Position numbers and translations under genes: made by a program. The notes under the pieces were generated by a model. The model worked only from the letters and a program-made list of their open reading frames with translations. It did not search any database and had not been told where the DNA came from. Of a stretch of 53,445 nt of DNA, positions 24,901 through 36,900 are shown one piece after another; the first letter of the stretch is position 1; the number at the start of each line of letters is the position of its first letter. Source of the stretch: Eledone cirrhosa (taxonomy: Eukaryota); the NCBI GenBank assembly GCA_964016885.1, contig CAXHJY010001341.1, forward strand, positions 1 through 53,445, read 5' to 3'.

Positions 24901-27900
24901 TTCTGTTGTTGTTGGTAGTGTTGGTACTGTTGTTGTTGATAGTGTTGGTTCTGTTGTTGTTGGTAGTGTTGGTTCTGTTGTTGTTGGTAGTGTTGGTTCT
25001 GTTGTTGTTGGTAGTGTTGGTTCTGTTGTTGTTGGTAGTGTTGGTTCTGTTGTTGTTGATAGTGTTGGTTCTGTTGTTGTTGGTAGTGTTGGTTCTGTTG
25101 TTGTTGGTAGTGTTGGTTCTGTTGTTGTTGGTAGTGTTGGTTCTGTTGTTGTTGGTAGTGTTGGTTCTGTTGTTGTTGGTAGTGTTGGTTCTGTTGTTGT
25201 TGGTAGTGTTGGTTCTGTTGTTGTTGGTAGTGTTGGTTCTGTTGTTGTTGGTAGTGTTGGTTCTGTTGTTGTTGGTAGTGTTGGTTCTGTTGTTGTTGGT
25301 AGTGTTGGTTCTGTTGTTGTTGGTAGTGTTGGTTCTGTTGTTGTTGGTAGTGTTGGTTCTGTTGTTGTTGGTAGTGTTGGTTCTGTTGTTGTTGGTAGTG
25401 TTGGTTCTGTTGTTGTTGGTAGTGTTGGTTCTGTTGTTGTTGGTAGTGTTGGTTCTGTTGTTGTTGGTAGTGTTGGTTCTGTTGTTGTTGGTAGTGTTGG
25501 TTCTATTGTTGTTGGTAGTGTTGGTTCTGTTGTTGTTGGTAGTGTTGGTTCTGTTGTTGTTGGTAGTGTTGGTTCTGTTGTTGTTGGTAGTGTTGGTTCT
25601 GTTGTTGTTGGTAGTGTTGGTTCTGTTGTTGTTGGTAGTGTTGGTCCTGTTGTTTTTGTTGGTAGTGTTGGTTCTGTTGTTGTTGGTAGTGTTGGTTCTG
25701 TTGTTGTTGGTGATGGTAGTGTTGGTTCTGTTGTTGTTGGTAGTGTTGGTCCTGTTGTTTTTGTTGGTAGTGTTGGTTCTGTTGTTGTTGGTAGTGTTGG
25801 TTCTGTTGTTGTTGATAGTGTTGGTTCTGTTGTTGTTGGTAGTGTTGGTCCTGTTGTTTTTGTTGGTAGTGTTGGTTCTGTTGTTGTTGGTAGTGTTGGT
25901 TCTGTTGTTGTTGGTGTTGGTAGTGTTGGTTCTGTTGTTGTTGGTAGTGTTGGTCCTGTTGTTTTTGTTGGTAGTGTTGGTTCTGTTGTTGTTGGTAGTG
26001 TTGGTTCTGTTGTTGTTGGTGTTGGTAGTGTTGGTTCTGTTGTTGTTGGTAGTGTTGGTCCTGTTGTTTTTGTTGGTAGTGTTGGTTCTGTTGTTGTTGG
26101 TAGTGTTGGTTCTGTTGTTGTTGATAGTGTTGGTTCTGTTGTTGTTGGTAGTGTTGGTTCTGTTGTTGATGGTAGTGTTGGTTCTGTTGTTGTTGATAGT
26201 GTTGGTTCTGTTGTTGTTGGTAGTGTTGGTTCTGTTGTTGTTGGTAGTGTTGGTTCTGTTGTTGTTGATAGTGTTGGTTCTGTTGTTGTTGGTGTTGGTA
26301 GTGTTGGTTCTGTTGTTGTTGGTAGTGTTGATTTTGTTGTTGTTGGTAGCGTTGTTTCTGTTGTTGTTGGAAGTGTTGGTTCTGTTGTTGTTGTTGGTAG
26401 TGATGGTTCTATTGTTGTTGGTAGTGATGGTTCTATTGTTGTTGGTAGTGTCGGTTCTGTTGTTGTTGGTAGTGTTGGTTCTGTTGTTGTTGGTAGTGTT
26501 GGTTCTGTTGTTGTTGGTAGTGTAGGTTCTGTTGTTGTTGGTAGTGTTGGTTCTGTTGTTGTTGGTAGTGTTGGTTCTGTTGTTGTTGGCAGTGTTGGTT
26601 CTATTGTTGTTGGTAGTGTTGGTTCTGTTGTTGTTGGTAGTGTTGGTTCTGTTGTTGTTGGTAGTGTTGGTTCTATTGTTGTTGGTAGTGTTGGTTCTGT
26701 TGTTGTTGGTAGTGTAGGTTCTGTTGTTGTTGGTAGTGTTGGTTCTGTTGTTGTTGGTAGTGTAGGTTCTGTTGTTGTTGGTAGTGTTGGTTCTGTTGTT
26801 GTTGGTAGTGTTGGTTCTGTTGTTGTTGGTAGTGTTGGTTCTGTTGTTGTTGATAGTGTTGGTTCTGTTGTTGTTGGTAGTGTTGGTTCTGTTGTTGTTG
26901 GTAGTGTTGGTTCTGTTGTTGTTGATAGTGTTGGTTTTGTTGTTGTTGGTGTTGGTAGTGTTGGTTCTGTTGTTGTTGGTAGTGTTGATTTTGTTGTTGT
27001 TGGTAGCGTTGTTTCTGTTGTTGTTGGTAGTGTTGGTTCTGTTGTTGTTGTTGGTAGTGATGGTTCTATTGTTGTTGGTAGTGATGGTTCTATTGTTGTT
27101 GGTAGTGTCGGTTCTGTTGTTGTTGGTAGTGTTGGTTCTGTTGTTGTTGGTAGTGTTGGTTCTGTTGTTGTTGGTAGTGTAGGTTCTGTTGTTGTTGGTA
27201 GTGTTGGTTCTGTTGTTGTTGGTAGTGTTGGTTCTGTTGTTGTTGGTAGTGTTGGTTCTATTGTTGTTGGTAGTGTTGGTTCTGTTGTTGTTGGTAGTGT
27301 TGGTTCTGTTGTTGTTGGTAGTGTTGGTTCTATTGTTGTTGGTAGTGTTGGTTCTGTTGTTGTTGGTAGTGTAGGTTCTGTTGTTGTTGGTAGTGTTGGT
27401 TCTGTTGTTGTTGGTAGTGTAGGTTCTGTTGTTGTTGGTAGTGTTGGTTCTGTTGTTGTTGGTAGTGTTGGTTCTGTTGTTGTTGGTAGTGTTGGTTCTG
27501 TTGTTGGTAGTGTTGGTTCTGTTGTTGTTGGTAGTGTAGGTTCTGTTGTTGTTGGTAGTGTAGGTTCTGTTGTTGTTGGTAGCGTTGGTTCTGTTGTTGT
27601 TGTTGGTAGTTTAGGTTCTGTTGTTGTTGCTCGTGTTGGTTCTGTTGTTGTTGGTAGTGTTGGTTCTATTGTTGTTGGTAGTGATGGTTCTATTGTTGTT
27701 GGTAGTGTTGGTTCTGATGTTGTTGGTAGTGTAGGTTCTGTTGTTGTTGGTAGTGTTGGTTCTGTTGTTGTTGGTAGTGTTGGTTCTGTTGTTGTTGGTA
27801 GTGTTGGTTCTATTGTTGTTGGTAGTGTTGGTTCTGTTGTTGTTGGTAGTGCAGGTTCTGTTGTTGTTGGTAGTGTAGGTTCTGTTGTTGTTGGTAGTGT

Positions 27901-30900
27901 TGGTTCTGTTGTTGTAGTTGGTAGTTTAGGTTCTGTTGTTGCTCGTGTTGGTTCTGTTGTTGTTGGTAGTGTTGGTTCTATTGTTGTTGGTAGTGTTGGT
28001 TCTGTTGTTGTTGGTAGTGTTGGTTCTGTTGTTGTTGGTAGTGTTGGTTCTATTGTTGTTGGTAGTGTTGGTTCTATTGTTGTTGGTAGTGTTGGTTCTG
28101 TTGTTGTTGGTAGTGTTGGTTCTGTTGTTGTTGGTAGTGTTGGTTCTATTGTTGTTGGTAGTGTTGGTTCTGTTGTTGTTGGTAGTGTTGGTTCTGTTGT
28201 TGTTGGTAGTGTTGGTTCTGTTGTTGTTAGTAGTGTTGGTTCTGTTGTTGTTGGTAGTGTTGGTTCTGTTGTTGTTGTTAGTGTTGGTTCTATTGTTGTT
28301 GGTAGTGTTGGTTCTGTTGTTGTTGGTAGTGTTGGTTCTGTTGTTGTTGGTAGTGTTGGTTCTATTGTTGTTGGTAGTGTTGGTTCTGTTGTTGTTGGTA
28401 GTGTTGGTTCTATTGTTGTTGGTAGTGTTGGTTCTGTTGTTGTTGGTAGTGTTGGTTCTGTTGTTGTTGGTAATGTTGGTTCTGTTGTTGTTGGTAGTGT
28501 TGGTTCTGTTGTTGTTGGTAATGTTGGTTCTGTTGTTGTTGGTAGTGTTGGTTCTGTTGTTGTTGGTAATGTTTGTTCTGTTGTTGTTGTTGGTAGTGTT
28601 GGTAGTGTTGTTGTTGGTAATGTTGGTTCTGTTGTTGTTGGTAGTGTTGGTTCTGTTGTTGTTGTTGGTAGTGTTGGTAGTGTTGTTGTTGGTAGTGTTG
28701 GTTCTGTTGTTGTTGGTAGTGTTGGTTCTGTTGTTGTTGGTAATGTTGGTTCTGTTGTTGTTGGTAGTGTTGGTTCTGTTGTTGTTGGTAATGTTGGTTC
28801 TGTTGTTGTTGGTAGTGTTGGTTCTGTTGTTGTTGGTAATGTTGCTTCTGTTGTTGTTGGTAGCGTTGGTTCTGTTGTTGTTGATAGTGTTGGTTCTGTT
28901 GTTGTTGGTAGTGTTGGTTCTGTTGTTGTTGGTAGTGTTGGTTCTGTTGTTGTTGGTAGTGTTGGTTCTGTTGTTGTTGGTAGTGTTGGTTCTGTTGTTG
29001 TTAGTAGTGTTGGTTCTGTTGTTGTTGGTAGTGTTGGTTCTGTTGTTGTTGGTAGTGTTGGTTCTGTTGGTGTTGGTAGTGTTGGTTCAGTTGTTGTTGG
29101 TATTGTTGGTTCTGTTGTTGTTGGTAGTGTTCGTTCTGTTGTTGTTGGTATTGTTGGTTCTGTTGGTGTTGGTATTGTTGGTTCTGTTGTTGTTGGTAGT
29201 GTTGGTTCTCTTGTTGTTGGTAGTGTTGGTTCTGTTGTTGTTGGTAGTGTTGGTTCTGTTGTTGTTGGTAATGTTGGTTCTGTTGTTGTTGGTAGTGTAG
29301 TGGTTGTTGTTGGTAGTGTAGTAGTAGTTGTTGGTAGTGTAGTGGTTGTTGTTGGTAGTGTAGGGGTTGTTGTTGGTAGTGTAGTGGTTGTTGTTGGTAG
29401 TGTAGTAGTCGTTGTTGGTAGTGCAGTGATTGTTGTTGGTAGTCTAGTGGTTGTTGTTGGTTGTGTAGTGGTGGTTGTTGGTAGTGTAGTGGTGGCTGTT
29501 GGTAGTGTAGTGGTGGTTTTTGGTAGTGTAGTGGTGGTTGTTGGTAGTGTAGTGGTGGTTGTTGGTAGTGTAGTGATTGTTGTTGGTAGTGTAGTAGTTG
29601 TTGTTGGTAGTGTAGTGGTTGTTGGTATTGTAGTGGTTGTTGTTGGTAGTGTAGTTGTTGTTGATGGTAGTGTAGTCGTTGTTGTTGGTAGCGTAGTGGT
29701 TGTTGGTATTGTAGTGGTTGTTGTTGGTAGTGTAGTTGTTGTTGTTGGTAGTGTAGTGGTTGTTGTTGGTAGTGTAGTTGTTGTTGTTGGTTGTGTAGTG
29801 GTTGTTGTTGGTAGTGTAGTGGTTGTTGTTGGTAGTGTAGTGGTGGTTGTTGGTAGTGTAGTGGTTGTTGTTGGTAGTGTAGTAGTTGTTGTTGGTAGTG
29901 TAGTGGTTGTTGTTGGTAGTGTAGTTGTTGCTGGTAGTGTAGTGGTTGTCGTTGGAAGTGTAGTGGTTGTTGTTAGTAGTGTAGTGGTTGTTGTTGGTAG
30001 TGTAGCGGTTGTTGTTGGTAGTGTAGCGGTTGTAGTTGGTAGTGTAGCGGTTGTTGTTGGTAGTGTAGCGGTTGTTGTTGGTAGTGTAGTGGTTGTTGTT
30101 GGTAGTGTAGTGGTTGTTGTTGGTAGTGTAGCGGTTGTAGTTGGTAGTGTAGTGGTTGTTGTTGGTAGTGTAGTGGTTGTTGTTGGTAGTGTAGTGGTTG
30201 TTGTTGGTAGTGTAGTGGTTGTTGTTGGTAGTGTAGTGGTTGTTGTTTGTAGTGTAGTGGTGGTTGTTGGTAGTATAGTGGTTGTTGGTGGTAGTGTAGT
30301 GATTGTTGTTGGTAGTGTAGTGGTTGTTGTTGGTAGAGTAGTGGTTGTTGTTGGTAATGTTGATTCTGTTGTTGTTGGTAGTGTTGGTTCTGTTGTTGTT
30401 GGTAGTGTTGGTTCTGTTGTTGTTGGTAGTGTTGGTTCTGTTGTTGTTGGTAGTGTTGGTTCTGTTGTTGTTGGTAGTGTTGGTTCTGTTGTTGTTGGTA
30501 TTGTTGGTTCTGTTGTTGTTGGTATTGTTGGTTCTGTTGTTGTTGGTAGTGTTGGTTCTGTTGTTGTTGGTATTGTTGGTTCTGTTGTTGTTGGTAGTGT
30601 TGGTTCTGTTGTTGTTGGTAGTGTTGGTTCTGTTGTTGTTGGTTGTATTGGTTCTGTTGTTGTTGGTAGTGTTGGTTCTGTTGTTGTTGGTAGTGTTGGC
30701 TCTGTTGTTGTTGTTGGTAGTGTTGGTTCTGTCGTTGTTGGTAGTTTTGTTCCTGTTGTTGTTGGTAGTGTTGATTCTGTTGTTGTTGTTGGTAGTGTTG
30801 TTTCTGTTGTTGTTGGTAGTGTTGTTTCTGTTGTTGTTGGTAGTGTTGGTTCTGTTGTTGTTGGTATTGTTGGTTCTGTTATTGTTGTTAGTGTTGGTTC

Positions 30901-33900
30901 TGTTGTTGTTGGTATTGTTGGTTCTGTTGTTGTTGGTAGTGTTGGTTCTGTTGTTTTTGGTAGTGTTGGTTCTGTTGTTGTTGTTGGTAGTGTTGTTTCT
31001 GTTGTTGTTGGTAGTGTTGTTTCTGTTGTTGTTGGTAGTGTTGGTTCTGTTGTTGTAGGTGTTGTTGGTTCTGTTGTTGTCGGTAGTGTTGGTTCTGTTG
31101 ATGTTGGTATTGTTGGTTCTGTTGTTGTTGGTAGTGTTGGTTCTGTTGTTGTTGTTGGTAGTGTTGTTTCTGTTGTTGTTGGTAGTGTTGTTTCTGTTGT
31201 TGTTGGTAGTGTTTGTTCTGTTGTTGTTGGTAGTGTTGGTTCTGTTGTTGTTGGTAGTGTTGGTTCTGTTGTTGTTGGTAGTGTTGGTTCTGTTGTTGGT
31301 GGTAGTGTTGGTTCTGTTGTTGTTGTTGGTAGTGTTGGTTCTGTTGTTGTTGTTAGTGCTGGTTCTGTTGTTGTTGTTGGTAGTGTTGGTTCTGTTGTTG
31401 TTTGTAGTGTTGGTTCTGTTGTTGTTGGTAGTGTTGGTTCTGTTCTTGTTGTTGGTAGTGTTGGTTCTGTTGTTGTTTGTAGTCTTGGTTCTGTTGTTGT
31501 TGGTAGTGTTGTTTCTGTTGTTGTTGTTGGTAGTGTTGGTTCTGTTGTTGTTGTTGGTAGTGTAGTGGTTGTTGTTGGTAGTGTAGTTGTTGTTGTTGTA
31601 GGTAGTGTAGTGGTTGCTGGTAGTGTAGTGGTGGTTGTTGGTAGTGTAGTGGTGGTTGTTGGTAGTGTAGTGGTTGTTGTGGGTAGTGTAGTGGTTGTTG
31701 TTGGTAGTGTAGTGGTTGTTGTTGGTAGTGTAGTGGTTGTTGTTGGTAGTGTAGTGGTGGTTGTTGGTAGTGTAGTAGTTGTTGTTGGTAGTGTAGTAGT
31801 TGTTGTTGGTAGTGTAGTGGTGGTTGTTGGTAGTGTAGTGGTTGTTGTTGGTAGTGTAGTGATTGTTGTTGGTAGTGTAGTGGTTGTTGTTGGTAGTGTA
31901 GTGGTTGTTGTTGGTAGTGTAGTAGTGGTTGTTGATGGTAGTGTAGTGGTTGTTGGTAGTGTAGTGGTTGTTGTTGGTAGTGTAGTGGTTGTTGTTGTTA
32001 GTGTAGTGGTTGTTGTTGGTAGCGTAGTGGTTGCTGTTGGTAGTGTAGTGGTTGTTGTTGGTAGTGTAGTAGTGGTTGTTGTTGGTAGTGTAGTGGTTGT
32101 TGGTAGTGTAGTGGTTGTTGTTGGTAGTGTAGTGGTTGTTGTTGGTAGTGTAGTGGTGGTTGTTGGTTGTGTAGTGGTGGTTGTTAGTTGTGTAGTGTTT
32201 GTTGGTAGCGTAGTGGTTGTTGTTGGTTGTGTATTGTTTGTTGGTAGTGTAGTGGTTGTTGTTGGTTGTGTAGTGGTGGTTGTTTGTTGTGTAGTGTTTG
32301 TTGGTTGTGTAGTGGTTGTTGTTGGTTGTGTAGTGTTTGTTGGTAGTGTAGTGGTTGTTGTTGGTTGTGTAGTGGTGGTTGTTGGTTGTGTAGTGTTTGT
32401 TGGTAGTGTCGTGGTTGTTGCTGGTAGTGTAGTGGATGTTGTTGGTAGTGTAGTGGTGGTTGTTTGTTGTGTAGTGGTTGTTGTTGGTTGTGTAGTGTTA
32501 GTTCGTATTGTAGTGGTTGTTGTTGGTAGTGCAGTGGTGGTTGTTGCTAGTGTAGTGTTTGTTCGTATTGTAGTGGTTGTTGTTGGTTGTGTAGTGGTGG
32601 TTGTTTGTTGTGTAGTGTTTCTTGGTAGTGTAGTGGTTGTTGTTGGTAGTGTAGTGGTTGTTGTTGGTAGTGTAGTGGTGGTTGTTGGTAGTGTAGTGGT
32701 GGTTGCTGGTAGTGTAGTGGTGGTTGTTGATAGTGTAGTGGTTGTTGTTGGTAGTGTAGTGATTGTTGGTAGTGTAGTGGTTGTTGTTGGTAGTGTAGTG
32801 GTTGTTGTTGGTTGTGTAGTGGTGGTTGTTTGTTGTGTAGTGTTTGTCGGTAGTGTAGTGGTTGTTGTTGTTAGTGTAGTGGTTGTTGTTGGTAGTGTAG
32901 TGGTTGTTGTTGGTAGTGTAGCGGTGGTTGTTGGTAGTGTAGTGGTGGTTGCTGGTAGTGTAGTTGTGGTTGTTGGTAGTGTAGTGGTTGTTGTTGGTAG
33001 TATAGTGTTTGTTGGTAGTGTAGTGGTTGTTGTTGGTAGTGTAATGGTTGTTGTTGGTAGCGTAGTGGTGTTTGTTGGTAGTGTAGTGGTTGTTGTTGGT
33101 ATTGTAGTGGTGGTTGTTGGTAGTGTAATGGTGGTTATTGGTAGTGTAGTGGTTGTTGTTGGTAGTGTAGTGGTTGTTGTTGGTAGTGTAGTGGTGGTTG
33201 TTGCTAGTGTAGTGGTTGTTGTTGGTTGTGTAGTGGTGGTTGTTGGTTGTGTAGTGTTTGTTGGTAGTGTAGTGGTTGTTGTTGGTTGTGTAGTGGTGGT
33301 TGTTGGTAGTGTAGTGGTTGTTGTTGGTAGTGTAGTGGTTGTTGTTGGTTGTGTAGTGGTTGTTGCTGGTAGTGTAGTGGTTGTTGTTGGTAGTGTAGTG
33401 GTTGTTGTTGGTAGTGTAGTGGTGGTTGTTGTTAGTGTAGTGGTTGTTGTTGGTAGTGTAGTGGTTGTTGTTGGTTGTGTAGTGGTTGTTGCTGGTAGTG
33501 TAGTGTTTGTTGTTGGTAGTGTAGTGGTTGTTGTTGGTTGTGTAGTGGTTGTTGTTAATAGTGTAGCGGTGGTTGTTGTTGGTAGTGTAGTGGCTGTTGT
33601 TGGTTGTGTAGTGGTTGTTGCTGGTAGTGTAGTGGTTGTTGTTGGTAGTGTAGTGGTTGTTGTTGGTAGTGTAGTGTTTGTTGTTGGTAGTGTAGTGGTT
33701 GTTGCTGGTAGTGTAGTGGTTGTTGTTGGTATTGTAGTGGTTGTTGTTGGTAGTGTAGTGGTTGTTGTTAATAGTGTAGCGGTGGTTGTTGTTGGTAGTG
33801 TAGTGGTTGTTGTTGGTAGTGTAGTGGTTGTTGTTGGTTGTGTAGTGGTTTTTGCTGGTAGTGTAGTGGTTGTTGTTGGTAGTGTAGTGGTTGTTGTTGG

Positions 33901-36900
33901 TTGTGTAGTGGTTGTTGCTGGTAGTGTAGTGGTTGTTGTTGGTAGTGTAGTGGTTGTTGTTGGTAGTGTAGTGGTTGTTGTTGGTAGTGTAGTGGTTGTT
34001 GTTGGTAGTGTAGTGGTTGTTGTTGGTAGTGTAGTGGTGGTTGTTGTTGCTAGTATAGTGGTTGCTGTTGGTAGTGTAGTGGTTGTTGTTGGTAGTGTAG
34101 TGGTTGTTGTTGGTAGTGTAGTCGTGGTTGTTGTTGGTAGTGTAGTCGTTGTTGTTGGTAGTGTAGTGGTTGTTGGTAGTGTAGTGGTTGTTGTTGGTTG
34201 TGTAGTGGTGGTTGTTGGTAGTGTAGTGGTGGTTGTTGGTTGTGTAGTGTTTGTTGGTTGTGTAGTGGTTGTTGTTGGTTGTGTAGTGTTTATTGGTTGT
34301 GTAGTGTTTGTTGGTAGTGTAGTGGTTGTTGTTGGTTGTATAGTGGTGTTTGTTGGTTGTGTAGTGTTTGTTGGTAGTGTAGTGGTGGTTGTTGGTAGTG
34401 TAGTGGTTGTTGTTGGTAGTGTAGTGGTGGTTGTTGGTTGTGTAGTGGTGGTTGTTGGTTGTGTAGTGTTTGTTGGTAGTGTAGTGGTTGTTGTTGGTAG
34501 TGTAGTGGTTGTTGGTAGTATAGTGGTTGTTGTTGGTAGTGTAGTGGTTGTTGTTGGTAGTGTAGTGGTGGTTGTTGGTAGTGTAGTGGATGTTGTTGGT
34601 TGTGTAGTGGTGGTTGTTGGTTGTGTAGTGTTTGTTGTTGTTGGTTGTGTAGTGTTTGTTGGTAGAGTAGTGGTTGTTGTTGGTAGTGTAGTGGTTGTTG
34701 TTGGTAGTGTAGTGTTTGTTGGTAGTGTTGTGGTTGTTGTTGGTATTGTAGTGGTTGTTGTTGGTAGCGTAGTGGTTGTTGTTGATAGTGTAGCGGTGGT
34801 TGTTGTTGGTAGTGTAGTGGTTGTTGTTGGTTGTGTAGTGGTTGTTGCTGGTAGTGTAGTGGTTGTTGTTGGTAGTGTAGTGGTTGTTGTTGGTTGTGTA
34901 GTGGTGGTTGTTGGCTGTGTAGTGTTTGTTGTTTGTGTAGTGGTTGTTGTTGGTATTGTAGTGTTGGTAGTTGGTAGTGTTGTGGTGGTTGTTGTTGGTA
35001 GTGTAGTGGTTGTTGTTGGTAGTGTAGTGGTTGTTGGTAGTGTAGTGGTTGTTGTTGGTAGTGTAGTGGTTGTTGGTAGTGTAGTGGTTGTTGTTGGTAG
35101 TGTAGTGGTTGTTGTTGGTAGTGTAGTGGTTGTTGTTTGTAGTGTAGTGGTTGTTGTTGGTAGTATAGTGGTTGTTCTTGGTAGTGTAGCGGTTGTTGTT
35201 GGTAGTGTACTGGTTGTTGTTGGTAGTGTACTGGTTGTTGTTGGTAGTGTACTGGTTGTTGTTGGTAGTGTAGTGGTTGTTGCTGGTAGTGTAGTGGTTG
35301 TTGTTGGTAGTGCAGTGGTGGTTGTTGGTAGTGTAGTGGTGGTTGTTGGTAGTGTAGTGGTTGTTGTTGGTAGTGTAGTGGTTGTTGTTGGTTGTGTAGT
35401 GGTGGTTGTTGGTTGCGTAGTGTTTGTTGGTAGTGTAGTGGTTGTTGTTGGTAGTGTAGTGGTTGTTGTTGGTAGTGTAGTGGTTGATGTTGGTAGTGTA
35501 GTGGTTGTTGTTGGTAGTGTAGCGGTTGTTGTTGGTAGTGTAGTGGTTGTTGTTGGTAGTGTACTGGTTGTTGTTGGTTGTGTAGTTGTTGTTGTTGGTT
35601 GTGTAGTGTTTGTTGGTAGTGTAGTGGTTGTTGTTGGTAGTGTAGTGGTGATTGTTGGTAGTGTAGTGGTTGTTGTTGGTAGTGTAGTGGTTGTTGTTGG
35701 TTGTGTAGTGGTGGTTGTTGGTTGTGTAGTGTTTGTTGGTAGTGTAGTGGTTGTTGTTGGTAGTGTAGTGGTGGTTGTTGGTAGTGTAGTGATTGTTGTT
35801 GGTAGTTTAGTGGTTGTTGTTGGTAGTGTAGTGGTTGTGGTTGGTAGTGTAGTGTTTGTTGTTGGTAGTGTAGTGGTTATTGGTAGTGTAGTGGTTGTTG
35901 TTGGTAGTGTAGTGGTTGTTGTTGGTAGTGTAGTGGTGGTTGTTGGTAGTGTAGTCGTTGTTGTTGGTTGTGTAGTGGTGGTTGTTGGTAGTGTAGTGGT
36001 GGTTGTTGGTTGTGTAGTGTTTGTTGGTTGTGTAGTGGTTGGTGTTGGTTGTGTAGTGTTTATTGGTTGTGTAGTGTTTGTTGGTAGTGTAGTGGTTGTT
36101 GTTGGTTGTATAGTGGTGTTTGTTGGTTGTGTAGTGTTTGTTGGTAGTGTAGTGGTTGTTGTTGGTAGTGTAGTGGTTGTTGTTGGTAGTGTAGTTGTGG
36201 TTGTTGGTAGTGTAGTGGTTGTTGTTGGTATTGTAGTGGTTGTTGTTGGTAGTGTAGTGGTGGTTGTTGGTAGTGTAGTGGTTGTTGTTGGTAGTGTAGT
36301 GGTGGTTGTTGGTTGTGTAGTGGTGGTTGTTGGTTGTCTAGTGTTTGTTGGTAGTGTAGTGGTTGTTGTTGGTAGTGTAGTGGTTGTTGGTAGTGTAGTG
36401 GTTGTTGTTGGTAGTGTAGTGGTTGTTGTTGGTAGTGTAGTGGTGGTTGTTGGTAGTGTAGTGGTTGTTATTGGTTGTGTAGTGGTGGTTGTTGGTTGTG
36501 TAGTGTTTGTTGTTAGAGTAGTGGTTGTTGTTGGTAGTGTAGTGGTTGTTGTTGGTAGTGTAGTGTTTGTTGGTAGTGTAGTGGTTGTTGTTGGTAGTGT
36601 AGTGGTGGTTGTTGGTTGTGTAGTGTTTGTTGGAAGTGTAGTGGTTGTTGTTGGTAGTGTAGTGGTGATTGTTGGTAGTGTAGTGGTTGATGTTAGTAGT
36701 GTAGTGGTGGTTGTTGGTAGTGCAGTGGTGGTTGTTGGTGGTGTAGTGTTTGTTGGTAGTGTAGTGGTTGTTGTTGGTAGTATAGTGGTGGTTGTTGGTA
36801 GTGTAGTGGTTGATGTTGGTAGTGTAGTGGTGGTTGTTGGTAGTGTAGTGGTTGTTGTTGGTAGTGTAGTGGTTGTTGTTGGTAGTGTAGTGGTGGTTGT

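Larger units (their letters stand above)
1..29290 (-). repeat. Type-A tandem array: 24-bp unit (+ strand gttgttgttggtagtgttggttct) with frequent 27-bp variants, encoding TEPTLPTT(T); roughly 1,150-1,200 units
   Basis: Directly visible. The last in-array ttc (Glu) triplet is at 29278-29280. Length variation comes from gain or loss of tgt (Thr) triplets. Copy number is estimated from length divided by unit size. Confidence 0.97.

Noticed and set aside
3-31565. Numerous short poly-Leu/Val + strand ORFs resembling membrane proteins or signal peptides
   Set aside because: They are an alternate frame of the repeat, starting at TTG and ending wherever the gtag variant supplies TAG; useful only as duplication markers.
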